DNA of 64,000 bases, from the NCBI GenBank assembly GCA_965202585.1, contig OZ241826.1:22072001-22136000 (forward strand), in the 5' to 3' direction. A program made the translations under genes and the position numbers. How positions within the stretch are numbered: the stretch's first letter is position 1; each line of letters begins with the position of its first letter. Shown here piece after piece: positions 1-13,300 of this stretch. The notes under the pieces were generated by a model. That model saw only the letters and a list, made by a program, of their open reading frames with translations. It did no database searches and was not told where the DNA came from. Source of the stretch: Thalia democratica. Taxonomy: Eukaryota.

Positions 1-99
1 AAAAAGTTAATATATTTTAAATAATATGTGCTTTTAAAATAATGTTAACATCTTATTTTTTATATGTAATTTAAAAAAAGGATGCAAATTAAATAATTT

Positions 100-1975
100 G
101 AGTTTTTGTCCCCTTCATACCTAGAAGGTCCTCAAAGGGGTTATATACACTACTTTAGAAAACTTTGCTATTTAGCAACTAAGTTAAAAACAATAAGAAT
201 TTTGAATTTATTCTTTCAAAGCATTTAACTTTTTTAAAACTATGTTATTTAATTGACACTATGTCTATTGATTTAATTTCTTGCTATTTTATAAAAAAAA
301 CCACAAGTATTCAGTTAAGCTTACATTATACGAATATTATACTCTGGACAACAGTATTTTAGATGAACTTTAATTAAAATCTTTATTGTAATTTTTTGTT
401 ATGTAAAATTTACTAATAAAACAGTCCATGAAAAACAATGATGTTTGTTTTACTTCAAAAGCTGTAACTATTTAAGCAATTCAACTTATTTTAAAATAAG
501 ATTTCTAAAAATTAAATTAACACTATCCTTGTTTTGTTAAAAAACATGTTTTAATGATATTTATATATTGAAAACTTTGAAATGAAAATTAATTTATTTA
601 TAAAAAGTGTTAATTTTTTAATAAAATAATATTTATCTGTAAGTTTTGAAGTCAATTAAAACAATCTAAATAATATGATTTAGGTAGAAAAAAAAGATTT
701 ACATTATTACAATGTACAATTAACTAATATTATTTAGCTGTTTTGTTTTAAAGTTGAGTATATTTAAATATTTCTTTATTTCTAAAAGTTGCCATACGGT
801 ATACCAAAATATTACGACTGAATATAAAAGAAATTAAAAAAAATAGTTGAGACTAATTCTAGTACAACTGTTACTTTTAATTAAACTCTAACACCAAAAA
901 ACACAAACATAATAAAAAATGGACATATTGAAAATTAAATACTAATAAAAAAACAATTTTAAATCATTTAATAACAAACTTAATTTATAAAAAGGATCAA
1001 AACTTTCCTCGATTTTTTTAGTTTTTATTAGCCTGAAGTTTTTTAAACTGCAATATAGTCAGAATGTGTGCAACCCTAATTTTTTTAATGTCATGAAAAG
1101 TATACAACGACTGTTATAAGAATTATTGTTCTTTGTTAAATGACATAAATCAATCTGATAGTTAAAATACATTATAAACAAAATATTAAAAGGTTAAACA
1201 TATATTATTTTTCAACTACAATAACTCATAAAATAACTCACTAGTTGAACAAGTCCAAAGTGTCTTAGAAAAGACTTTTACTAACAAGCCTGTTTTCAAA
1301 TAGGATAATATTAATATATTAGTTTTTCTAAATAAAAATTATTTATAGACTAATGCCCTAACTTATAAAATAAATATACTACCACAGTTATTTCTTAATT
1401 TCTAAATTAACCTCAGTGTTCAGCATAGCCAGTTTTACTTAACACAGTTATTTAAATGAGTAATAACAATTTCTAAAATAGTACAAGATTAATAAAGAAG
1501 AAACGCAGTTTTTTAAACATAAAGGACCAAATTATTATCAGGGTTGCAACTGGATTTTGAAGAAAAAATTTAGGTTTTCTAATTTTTTTAAGTTTAATGT
1601 ATACCTTTAGTATTTTTTTAGTTTCAAGTTAATTTTAAGATTAAATCTGTGTAACGAGTATAACAACATTGAAAAGGTAATGTAAAGCTACTTTAAATGT
1701 GTTTTTTTAAAAATGATGATGACAAAAACATTTCACTGACTAAAATTTGATAGATATTCACTGTATTTAATCTAACATGTAAAATTGGTATAAATTTCCA
1801 GATTTTTAGTATTTTTTTTACAAAATTCAATTTTTTTTTTCTTATTTTTTTGCACCCTGTGTCATGTAACTGTCACATTTATTTAGATCATTTTTTAACT
1901 TTAGGTTTTAATATGCTTTCAATGCTTTAACAGTAATGCTATTTTAGACTAACTTTAATTAATGCTTAAAAACTT
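100..1975 (+). repeat. Diverged copy of the upstream flank of the BTB gene (homologous to ~4860-7770)
   Basis: Collinear anchors: gacactatgtctattgat 255-272 vs gacattatgtctactgat 5031-5048; aaaaaatggaca 914-925 vs 6476-6487; atcaaaactttcct 996-1009 vs 6829-6842; cctcagtgttcag 1411-1423 vs 7222-7234. Ends approximate. Confidence 0.7.
1539..1859. mobile_element. Degenerate MITE, CAGGGTTGCCA-TIR family
   Basis: cagggttgcaac at 1539 and ttgcaccctg at ~1850-1859; internal aaagctactttaaatgtgttttt shared with the 5768 copy. Confidence 0.5.
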
Positions 1976-2817
1976 TTTAATTTTTGGTTTTATCTGGTGG
2001 TGGTGAATAAGTAAAATAAGAAAAATAAAATGAATTGCTTAAAAAAAATTATTGTTATAATTTTTAACATTTCATGCAAGTAGTGTTTAGAAAGCTTTGT
2101 AATTATTCTCACCTTGATTTTAAGATCAATAGTTTGAGGTAGCACCTTTATAAAACAATTTTCATAAAAATATTTCTCTACTCCCCCCATTTCATCATAT
2201 ACGTTGCATCTGTTTCCAACATTGAATTTGTTTTTGTATGTTTATTATAAAAAGCAACACGTTTATTTCAAATATGAAACTAGACAAATCTATGAGCTTA
2301 GTTTAGTAACATAGAATTCTTTGATTTTTGATAATGTTCAGTTGTATAAAAATACTTAGTTAACACTAAGTGTTAAAAACTCACTACAACATTTTTTTTT
2401 AAAATTTTAGTTATAAACGCGACAAACAAATTGAAATTTATTAAATATCAGCGTATTAAACTAACCTAAACCTTTGCGAAGATATTACACACATTTCATG
2501 GATTTTATAAAATAATACTATAAAAAAATGATTATCATTTTTACTCCTAAGCTGTAACATTCAGGCTTCAAAATCTATTAGGTAAAGTTGTAAAGGTAAC
2601 TAACAAATATTGAACAATTTTCTACTTCTTAAATTATTACATTTAATAAATTTTTATTAGTATAACATTTTTAGGATCTATACGTTAGATTAAAATAACA
2701 TAGCTACATCATTTGTGTACATCATTTTAAAAAAATAGCTGAACATAGGCTAATTTAAGTTAGTTAACTTTATTCTAAAACTTGTAAACGTTCAAACATA
2801 GCTGCAAGTTCTAAAGT

Positions 2818-4404
2818 TCATTGCACAAAAGCAACGGAGTGAATGCAAGGAAATACGACATGGTGGTCTTCCTTTTCAACAGAGCTGCTCCAAACTTCTC
2901 CCTCTGACATAAATTGCCCGTCCTTGTAGCGAAACGCTTCAAAATCAGTCCAAAGCAACTCATGTCTTTTGTATAGTCTCATTTTGGTACTGACAACGTA
3001 TATCCTGTCTTCTTTCATCAAATACTTTATTTTACGAGTGCGCATATAATAGGAGGTACTGCAGTAATCTCTGAGTTGATGAAGTATGTCATCATTAAAG
3101 TAATGCTTCTCGTTGCTAAAGTCGAAAACTAGAGTGTGTACAAGAATGTTTCTATCTAGGTCACAGTAGCCAAAATGGATAAGTAGCTTATTGTCTTTTT
3201 TCATGTCTAACACTTTTTCAACGAGGTTGAGTTTAGAAACTTTCAGTTTATTTCCATATCTAATTAAATCTAACTTGGTGTTTTTAACAATGCTTAAAGA
3301 TTTCGCACAAAATGTCATAACGTATAAGTTTCCACCTCTATTATAAAGATAGCTGTTTTCTTCTTTAAACTTGGCACAGTAAAACAAATATAGTTTTTCA
3401 TTATTATATTGCATAAATAACAAGTCTACTTCTCCAAAAATTGGTGTTTTTTCTTCTTTTGATATGTAGAATGTATTGTTTTTACTGCTTTTAATAATTT
3501 CAACACCATTTTCTACATACAAAGATAATGAAAATGAAGTTTTGTTTATCTCATCTTTGACCTGTCTTACGACAAATAAACTTTCGTCACTTGTACAAAA
3601 CAATGTCGTACTTTTATTTATTGGTAAAATTTGTGAAACATTGCCTGATGTTATATCATACTTGAAAAAGCAGTTTGTAAAAATATAGTATGAGTAACGA
3701 CTTCGTACAAAAATTATTAGTGTGTTGTGTATACGTTGAATTGTCAAGTCATTTATGTTAGCCCATCTTTTATTGAATGCCTTATTTATTGCTTCATCTA
3801 AGCATATGAGATGTTGTACTGATTTAGTGTCTTCACAAAACATTTTCAGGTTTGTGTTACCACCATTATATTTTGCATTTACAAAGTACAAGCCTGAGAA
3901 ACTTGGCAAGCCTCTTTCTTTTAATGCCGTTGCTCTTTGTTGATAAACGTTATCTACCATAGGATAGTTTTCAAGCAGTTTCAACTGGTTATCAACAGTC
4001 CTTAAATTTAAATTGTATGTAAAATAATCAAGGCAGTAATTTTGCAAGCTTTCTATTTGTAAATATGTTGCAAGAATTTGGATGTCGAACAAGTTGTCTC
4101 TGTCAAGTTCAATTTTGCCAGTTTTTATAAAGTTTATTACATTTTCAAAGATATCATTGTTGCTTTCTGTGAAGTTGACTTCCAAAAACTCTGACTTATG
4201 ATCACTGAAACAAGGTTTTTGGATTATTTGAAAATAAACAGACTTTTCACTCAGCTGCTGCTTGTCTACTGTAATAATTAGACTTTTATTGAACCGAACT
4301 TTAACAGTTGGTGCATCTGAACTTGAATCAATTTTTTTTCGAACTTCATTGCAAGGAGGCTCATCTCTAATGGCAGTGTTATGAACAGAATCTCTTAATT
4401 CCAT
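2818..4404 (-). CDS. Intronless BTB/POZ-domain protein (528 aa) with divergent beta-rich C-terminal region
   Basis: Long open frame in AT-rich DNA. N-terminal BTB signature (VDKQQLSEKSVYF...FENVINFIKTGKIELDRDNLFDIQILATYLQIESLQNYC). A Kelch/propeller-like C-terminus is inference only. Confidence 0.85.
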   Translation of the reverse strand: MELRDSVHNTAIRDEPPCNEVRKKIDSSSDAPTVKVRFNKSLIITVDKQQLSEKSVYFQIIQKPCFSDHKSEFLEVNFTESNNDIFENVINFIKTGKIELDRDNLFDIQILATYLQIESLQNYCLDYFTYNLNLRTVDNQLKLLENYPMVDNVYQQRATALKERGLPSFSGLYFVNAKYNGGNTNLKMFCEDTKSVQHLICLDEAINKAFNKRWANINDLTIQRIHNTLIIFVRSRYSYYIFTNCFFKYDITSGNVSQILPINKSTTLFCTSDESLFVVRQVKDEINKTSFSLSLYVENGVEIIKSSKNNTFYISKEEKTPIFGEVDLLFMQYNNEKLYLFYCAKFKEENSYLYNRGGNLYVMTFCAKSLSIVKNTKLDLIRYGNKLKVSKLNLVEKVLDMKKDNKLLIHFGYCDLDRNILVHTLVFDFSNEKHYFNDDILHQLRDYCSTSYYMRTRKIKYLMKEDRIYVVSTKMRLYKRHELLWTDFEAFRYKDGQFMSEGEVWSSSVEKEDHHVVFPCIHSVAFVQ

Positions 4405-4859
4405 TTAGTAGTATCAAAGTTCAAAGTAAAAACTAAATACAAAACTAATCTAAAAAATTAAGATATAATCAAATCATCGCATAAGAATTATTCAGTTATT
4501 CTTACTACATGGCTAAATAAGTAATTATTATTAAAATATTTAAAAAATCTATATTAGTAAAAACTTTCAGAAAAATAAGTTATTACTATTTAATGTAACT
4601 TACAATACAATAAAGTAAGAAGTTTAAACCGCAAGTATTTAGAAAAAAACCAAGAGATTCTAAGGGTATCAAACTCATTTTTAGAAATTCCTTCTTTTTA
4701 AGTAATTTGAATCATCCCACTTATTTCTATCTCTATAGTAGATAATGTTAGCTAAAAAACTTTCCATAAATTTTAAACAGAATTTTATTGAGTACAGATT
4801 TAAGAAGATTTATTTAAAATTTTGTTTTTAGATAAAACTTAGCTAAGTATTCTTATACT

Positions 4860-7770
4860 AGTATTTGACCCCATTATGAATTTTCACCTTCTGAAATACC
4901 TAAATCCCTCAAGTGTTCATTTATACCACTTTCTAATACTTTGCTCTTCATCAATAAACATTGAAAAATGAGAATTTTATAAGTTTTCTTTGAAACATTC
5001 AGTTTTTTCCAACTTTCTTAAATTTGAATAGACATTATGTCTACTGATATTATTTTAAGAAAGTTCATAAACAAAATATACCACTTCATTGAGCTTACAT
5101 TGAAAAATTTTATTTAAGACAACGAAATTTTTATACCACGAATTTAAGCTTACTATTTTTTTACCTATAAAAATAATAATTCAATTTTTTTTTTATTAAA
5201 GTTTACATTCTTTTTTACTGCAATTTTTTCACAAACTTGCTGCAGACATATAAATTAAAACAATGTTTTTAAAAATAAAAAATAAAATTTATAAAACTAC
5301 TTAAGTTATTAAAAATATTTTTCTAAAAAAATAATCAACAAAAATATTCTAAACACTTGTACATATTTAACTTATTTTGTTAGATAAGAAGCAATCTCAA
5401 TATTTTTAAATAAACGTGAATTATGTAAACAAAAAGAGTTTAATCATTATGTTTCTTTGTTTCTTTAGTTTTACGATTTACTTAAACGTGTCTTTGTTTG
5501 TTTACAACAATTTGTTTTGTTACTTAAAATGTTTATCTTTTTATAACTTACTATTTTACATCAATATAAAAAAACATTCACCTAAATAGTTTTTTTAAGT
5601 TTATTGTTTTTAGTTAAACAATTAATATATTATTTTAATGTCTGCAGTAAGTTTCTGAAGAATTGCAGTGAAAAAAAATTAAAACTATTATGACAAGCAT
5701 TAAATTGCTTTTTATAAAAGTGATAAATGTTTTAGTCAAATTCAGACTAAAATCTTGTTGTATTGTTAAGCGTTGCCACTCGTTTTTTTTTTAATTTTTC
5801 CAGGTTTTCTAAATTTCTTTCAAGTTTCTAAAAGTATACACTTTTTGGTCTATTTTTAGTTTAAAGTTGAGTTTATGGTAAAACTGTGTTGAATAAAATA
5901 AAAACTTTAAAAAAAAATGTAAAGCTACTTTTAATGTGTTTTTTTATAAAAATATTTTGTTGATAACATTTTTTTTTTGTGATAGAATTTTTGAGTCAAA
6001 TCAAAATTTCACTACTGAACATGTGAAAATTGTTAAAATTTAACATTTTCCTGGTTTTTTAGTGATTTTTATTAAAATTCCATGTTTTTCAAGGTTTTTT
6101 TCAAAAATTCTCAAATTCAAGGCTTTTCAAGGTTTTTCCAGGTAAAGTGGCAACCCTAATTGTTTTAAATTCTAACATTAAAAATAAAAAAATCCTTATA
6201 AATAATGATGTGATTTTTATTCCAAAAGCACTAAATATTTAAATTAACAAAAAACATATTTGTTTGAACCCAGTTTTGTGAAAAAGTAATTAAAATTGTT
6301 TTTAAATTTGTTTTAAATTAAGTTTAAGTTATAATGGTATGTAAATTGAACAAATTCAAAAATAATAATAAACGAAGATATAAAAAGTAATATTTGTTTT
6401 AAGGAATAAAAATTAATTTTAATTTTTTTTTTAATCGTTTAAAAAAAATGTTAACTATATATTCTTAATTAAAATAAAAAATGGACACGTTTTTGATGTT
6501 TAACTTTAGTAATAACTGTCAATGTATCATGTACTATTACAACATATAAATAACTACGATTATTTACTTTTTGTTAATTGATATATAGTATATTATATTG
6601 TTTTGCAGAGTTGCCACTCTTTAAATCAAAATATAATGCATGAACTTTAGAGAAACAAAAATTAAACTACACTGTGAAAAAGTTATTATCTTTAACCCAT
6701 ATTAAATACAAAAAAAAAGACGAACATAGTAAAATAAGGATATAATTAAAACTAAATATTAAAAGAAAAAAATCTAAATTATTAAAAACTAGACTTAATA
6801 TTGTAAGATTATAAAAATTACAAAAAGTATCAAAACTTTCCTGAACCTTCAAACTAATCCGAGTGTGTGGCAGTCCTGAATTTATTTTTATTGTTATAAA
6901 GGTATAAACAACTGTTGTAAGTACTATTTTTCTTTATCGAACGAAGTAAATTAACCTGATAGTTAAAGTACATCATAAAAATGCAATAAAACTAAAATGT
7001 TAAACTTACAAGTTTTTTTCATTAACACTAATCAAAGAAAAAAAATTCACTAAATAAAAAGTTCAAATGAGTCTTTAAAAAACTACCTTTGTTAACCACT
7101 CTGTTTTCAAAATAAAAAAATTTAATGTTAATTTAATCAAAATTTAAATTATTTTTGCACTTCCACCATACCCATCAAATGAATATATTAACACAGTTAT
7201 TTTTAAATTGTAAATTTTTAGCCTCAGTGTTCAGTTTAAATATCTTTATTTACAACAGAAATTCAGATGAAAGTTCAAAAAATTTCTATAAAAGTATAAG
7301 ATTAAAAAAGACAAATTGCAGTTTTATAAACATAAAAAACTTAACTTATCATCAGGTGTGTCACTGATTTTTTAGTAATTTCTTTTAGGTTCTCTGAATT
7401 TTTCCAGGCTTAAAGTAAACGTTTTTGGGTCCAATTTTTAATTTAAAGTTAAGTTAAATGTTAAAAACTGTGTAAAGGTGTATATCAACATTAAAAAGAT
7501 ACTGTGAAAATGATATAAATATGTTTATTATTAAAAATCATTTTTGTAGTAACATATATTTTGTAGAGTTTTTATAAATATAAAATTTGTACAAATTCCA
7601 TGTTTTTAGTGATTTTTGTTCAAAATTCTAGGTTTTAACAGGATACAGGTTTTTTTATTGTCATGTTACTGTATTATTCAATAAGATAATTTTTAACTAA
7701 ATGTTTTATAATGTTTTTAATGCTTTAAAAGTAATGCTGTATTAGACAAACTTTAATTTAAACTTCAAAA
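4860..7770 (+). repeat. Upstream flank of the BTB gene, diverged direct repeat of 100-1975 with extra insertions
   Basis: Same collinear anchors as 100-1975, plus gtcatgt(a/t)actgt near 1861 and 7659. Confidence 0.7.
5768..6158. mobile_element. MITE, CAGGGTTGCCA-TIR family
   Basis: aagcgttgccact 5768-5780 and agtggcaacccta 6146-6158 are inverted; subterminal ttttccagg motifs; interior similar to the reverse complement of 36172-36522. Confidence 0.65.
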
Positions 7771-7879
7771 ATATATTTAGATATCAAAGATGGTAACTGG
7801 TGTTCTTAATAAGTATTTAAAAAAAAAACAAGTATTGTAAAAATATAAATAAAACAACATTTAACTGATTTAGTGCTTT

Positions 7880-8346
7880 AGGGTTTAACATATGCTTGCT
7901 TGAACTATGATTTTGACTGTTTAATGAAAGTTGTTTTAAGAAATGTATAGAAATGTTTAATAAGTAAATTGTTTATTTATGCACTCATTAGGAAAAATAT
8001 TCGGAAAATTTTATATTTGACTAATTAGACTAAAAAAGCTTTAAAAACCTGTAGTTTGAGAAATTTCAAAAAAAAACCTGGAAAACCTGGAGTTTTAAAC
8101 AACTTTAACATGTTAAGTAATAAAATTTCAATTTGACATAAAAATTTATCATATAGATATATTTATTTTGTCATTATTATTTTTTTATTTTAAAACTGAT
8201 TTGAAGTAGCTTTACAGAATCTTTTTAATATTTTCATACTGTTAAGCAGAGTCTCTTACCTTAAAATCATCTTTATATTAAAAACACCAAAAAATGTGTA
8301 AACTCAAAAACCTAGAGTGAATATGCCAAAAACATTTAGCAACCCT
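7880..8346. mobile_element. Degenerate MITE, CAGGGTTGCCA-TIR family
   Basis: aaaacctggaaaacctgg subterminal repeats and terminal tagcaaccct at ~8337-8346; left end approximate. Confidence 0.4.
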
Positions 8347-8426
8347 TAATTATTACTATAGATCAAAAAAATAAATTTAAAGCTTATCAATATTACATAT
8401 TAATAAAATATGCTACTATACATAAA

Positions 8427-8610
8427 GGTCAGTCTAAGCTGAAAACATTACTGAGGTAGAAAAAAAATAATGTTTATGATTTTAAATTTTAGTTAACAAA
8501 AAAAAAAATCTATCAAGTTCTTATATTTTTAGCCTAGGTAGGTCTGGATATTTGTATTAAAAAAGACTTTCAAAAAATAACTGATTTAGATTTTTAAGGT
8601 CAGACTGACC
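8427..8610. mobile_element. Small foldback/MITE-like element with ggtcagtct...agactgacc ends
   Basis: 9-bp perfect inverted ends 8427-8435 and 8602-8610; the same ggtcagtct starts the 23183 element. Confidence 0.3.
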
Positions 8611-9822
8611 CTATTATACACTTTTCTATAAAATCTAAAATTTAATTTAAAAAAATATAACCTTTTTCCTTAATTCAAAAAAGTAAAAATTTCTTGACTT
8701 TTTTAGTTTTGATCTTGCTTAGCTATATTCAGTTGTTTTCAAGAAATCCAAAACTAACAGCCACCCTTTAACATTGTAAAAATATTTTTGGAAACTTTGT
8801 GATTTTATTATGAATCTAGATAAACTTTACTTAAATGTTTACTGTTTCATTCAAAAAATTGGTTAATAAATCATAAACAAAACAATTATATGTTGTCAAA
8901 TTTATTCTTCTACAATTCTTTGCTATATTTTATAGTTGTAACATCAATTAGTCAGCTTTTAGAAGAAAGCTGTTAAAAAAGTGAAAAATAATTGTTGATA
9001 TTTATGTTCGAACATAATGCTTAGCAATACTTAAAAAGTAATTTTTATTAATTAGATAAAACATTTTTTTTCGAAGAAAATAAAACAGCTCTGTTCATCT
9101 GAGCTATTAATACAAATTTTCAACACAATTGTAAACATTTTAGGTTTATAATATTTGCACAATTCAAACAAAAGCATAAAGTCATATACTGTATCAAAAT
9201 TCGCTGTTCAAAAATTTATTACAACTATGAATTTGAACACACAAACTTTTAAAGTATTAGAACTTTCATACTATTGACAAATGTATCGTCCTGTAAAAGT
9301 ATATAAACATTAAAAATACTTCACAATTATAGTAATAAAGTGTTCAAGACTTTTGATTCTAAAACGGGAATAACTTTTCATGTGTAGATAGGTTAGTCCA
9401 AAACAAAACATGTATTATAGTATACTTATTAAGTTTTCTAAATTTTAAATTTAAAACAAGTTTAAGTATAGATACCTTTTATTCCTTAAAGTTCAAGTAT
9501 CAGAACGTTTTTTAATAATGCAGCAGACTTACATATACAGCTGCCCTGGACAAGACGTTAAACTGTATCTAAGTGATGTACAACTCGATAACCTATAGAT
9601 TTTTCTTGAACCATTTCCTAGGACTAAATACGCTTTTTGTTGTTGAAAAATCTATATAATTAAAAATCAAAATTAAACAACTGGGACAGTGAGAAAATAC
9701 ATAAAAAACAATATATTAATTTTACAAAAAAAAAACTAATGTTCGATTTGTTTTTTAAAATTTTTACGTATTGAGCGTTTCATCAGAACAATAATAAAAA
9801 TAACAGCTATTATTATTTAAAG

Positions 9823-10137
9823 CAACGATTTTTAACATGGATTAAATTTCCCCGGTGATAAAAATTCCCTGTTTTAGGGGGTAACTTTTTTTAACACAAG
9901 TTATGTAAAATAATGTTTATTAATTGTCTTATTGTTTTGTAAGTTAATAATACACAGCTTTTATGTTTTAAAAACAAATAATCTCATTAAAATTTGCGAA
10001 TTTTACATTTAATAAACTTTAATTTTTTAAAAACTAATTTATTTAAAAAATTAAATCCTATTTTGTATATTGGGGGTAAACTTGGTAATTACTTTCGAAA
10101 AAGGGGTAAAATATGAAAAAAAGGTTAAGAACCGATG
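9823..10137. mobile_element. hAT/Charlie-like MITE (second, more decayed copy at ~18875-19180)
   Basis: Right end aaaaaggttaagaaccgatg resembles Charlie-type ends; left caacgatttttaacat matches its reverse complement at 12/16; ggggtaa subterminal motifs in both copies. Confidence 0.45.
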
Positions 10138-10139
10138 GT

Positions 10140-10330
10140 TCAAAAGAACTTTTCTTTCCACCAGTTGCTGTATTTTCTACGGTTCTTGGCGATTTCAATT
10201 GTATGACCACTAGGCCATCGTCTCTTTAAATTCCAAATTCTTCGTTGTTGAATATCTTTAAATTTCATGTTTTGCTGAGCATAAAATGTTATACCACTTT
10301 GCTCACTATGGCTCCAATGTAGGATACCTG
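10140..10330 (-). other. Orphan candidate terminal exon (GILHWSHSEQ...YSNWWKEKFF*)
   Basis: Strong acceptor cttacctttttacctttag, 62 open codons to TGA, GC-richer than its flanks; no upstream exon identified. Confidence 0.35.
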
Positions 10331-13300
10331 CTAAAGGTAAAAAGGTAAGTTTTGTTTATTTTTTCACATGTTTTATTTTGTAAAAAAAAAACGATTTGAA
10401 TAAGTGTAATTTTAGATTTTGGTCATTGTCGGTTAATTTCGTGAACTTTTCAGCAGATTTTAATGAGGTAATTAAAGTTGTTTTTGCTATGGATGGGTAA
10501 AATTTTGTGATATTGATTTTTATGAAGGTTTTATGGGTTATTTTTAGTTTTGAACCAGTTTATAACGATGTCTGTGTAGTTTAACTGCTTTAGTTTTGGG
10601 CTAATTATTGTTCTTTCATTTATTTTGTCTAGTTTAGCTTTGGTGAAATTGTTAAAAGGGAATTTAAATGGGTTTAAAATTAAAAAAATCTAAACAAATA
10701 ATGTTTATCACATTTGTTGATTCACTTTTAAAACGATATAATACTACTTGACCAAATAGAATATTTTCTACATAAATTTTAAGATTACGAACATAATTAA
10801 GTCGTTTATCTAAAGAATTATTCAATAAGTTAACAAAATAATTTCAAATAACTACTGTATGTAATACAAAAGTTACGTTTTATCAAAACTAATTTGCAAT
10901 AAATAACTAAAAAGTGTAATTATTGTTCTTAAATTCAAATAAAAATTTTCTAGCTAGTTGTAGCTTATTTAATACCAAAATAAACAAAAAGTAAACCGTT
11001 GTAAAAAATAAATTAAAAGTAAAAAAATTTTTTTATTTCTTCTTGCAACTGTTATGTGCAACAAAAAAAAAGTTTTATTATATTAAATATTCAAAGTCCA
11101 CTAAAAACTCTGTTTGTAACTAAACAATGAATTTGCTATTGTATTACATTGTATTTTGATGTTTATTATCAAAGTTAACAATAATATAAACCGTTGTAAC
11201 CAAAAAATGAAAATTATAAATATTAAACAAACCGGTTGCATTTGCTTTCTGTGTATAAAGAACTGTATATAATGAACCGTAAAATTATACAATTATTTTG
11301 AAAACTAAAAGATAAAAAATTATAGTTGTACAGTACACTATTATTTTTATTTTAACTTTACTAACAAGTTAATAAAATGAAAGAATTAAAAAGAGAAAAA
11401 CCAAGATATACTTATTTTAACTTTAAATACTTTACGTAATAGATTGAGAAATCAGTGTAAACAACAAATTAAAAAAGCTTTGTAGTTACGTTTTCTAAAA
11501 TATTTTTTTTTGTTTTATCTAAACTTTTAAAATGATTTTATACAGTAAGTTTGTAAAATTAAAAAAGAAATTAGCTATGAATTTGTTGACTATAAATTAA
11601 ATTAATTCTTACAAGAAAATGTTACTACTACGTGCTAAGCACAAATATAACAGTTAATAATTTAGCAACAATTTCATGAACTAGATTATAACTAGATTTA
11701 AACTGTGTAATTAATCATATTTTTGAGCAAACTTGTTAAATTAGTAACAGAAAGGTCAAAAGTTATGTTTTATCATATTTTTTGTTGTTTTATAGCATTT
11801 TTATATTGACCAACTTAATCTCATGAAAGTTTATTTAAGTATATATGAATATTTATATTAGCAAAAATTTTATTTAAATTGTTTATGCACGTTAAAATAT
11901 CTATTGTCATACTCTAAGTAATTTTTTTTTAATAAAACTGATTTAGTCTTTCTTATACATATAGTAATACTTAAATTTCGTATACTGCCTATACTTTGGT
12001 ACTAGAAGCATTTATTTTTACTAGTTTCTCATTTTCATAACCTAGTGTACACTACCTTTTTATCAACTATAAACTGAGTTAAGCATACTTACCTTTTACG
12101 AACTTTTTGATTACATGACAATTTAAATTTAGACAACTCAAATTGTTAAAAAATATTTTTAAGAAACTTTAAAATTACTAGAAATGACTTTGTTATTTAG
12201 TTTATTTAAGGCATATCTCAAAAATGCTTATTTTTTTGCAAAAAATTGGCTTTTAGATATTAAAGGACTTAAATATGTGTTTAAAAAACATACACTATCT
12301 TTAATTTGTGACTCTTTAACTTTTGTCTTTTGAATTGTCCGAGTTTGAATACTCGTGCACCCGATTTGTTTTAGTGTGTTTTATTTCTACTTTGAAAAGA
12401 TAAATTTATACAATATAGTATACAACAAGTTTCAAAATTATAGCGCTATTAGCTTCTATACACCTAAAATATAACTACATCACATAAAAAAAGTTGAATA
12501 TTTTTAAACAGTTAAAACAGTTCTTCAGTCTAGTGTTTTAGTTGCAAGAGTTGTTTTTTGATAATGTGCATAAATGTTACAAGCTTCCTAATTGTAAGCA
12601 TATTTATTTGTTTTGGTTTTAAAATTTCAATATTATCAAGTATCTAACATTTTTCTAACCTTAGCATGAACTAAACTGGTAAAGTTTTGATTTTTCTTAA
12701 TTGACAGCTTAAAATTAAATCATAAGTTTTTCTACTTTTTTACACAAAAATACCAGTTTTATTTCAAGTTTAACCTTATGTTTTCTGGAAAGTTTATATT
12801 AAATTCGTTTTACAATTTTTAACAGTTGATTATCTTATTTGATTTAATTCAAACTAGTGAAACATTTTTTTGTTACAAAAATTTATAATTTTGGATTGTC
12901 ATTCTCCTTAGCATTAAGTCAAGAACTTTTATTGTTATCTATAAAGTAATAAGTAAACAGTAAATAAATTCAACTAAAATGATAAAATTTCTTATGATTT
13001 TGATAAGATATAAATATTTTTTTTTTTTTTAAATTTAGAAAATTACATAAAAAGTAAAAAAAAATTTGGTAAATCAATTTTAATAAACTTATCCCCTGTT
13101 TTGTTGTTTTAGTTGTGTTTTCCTACATCCTAAAAAAATAAAATATTTTATTATTCAACTGATGATTGTCGAAATAATTTAACTATTGTAATATACAGTG
13201 TTCATTTCCATGTAATGTATTATTAAAAATAATAAAATCTTTTTTAAATCAATAACGCTTAGTTACAACTCCGTATTCTATAAAAATAAAATTGTAAGCT

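Noticed and set aside
1990-2190. 66-aa minus ORF with a possible donor (aag|gtgaga)
   Set aside because: No convincing acceptor or partner exon and no recognisable motif.
3476-3943. Two plus-strand ORFs
   Set aside because: Antisense to the BTB CDS, no independent signal.
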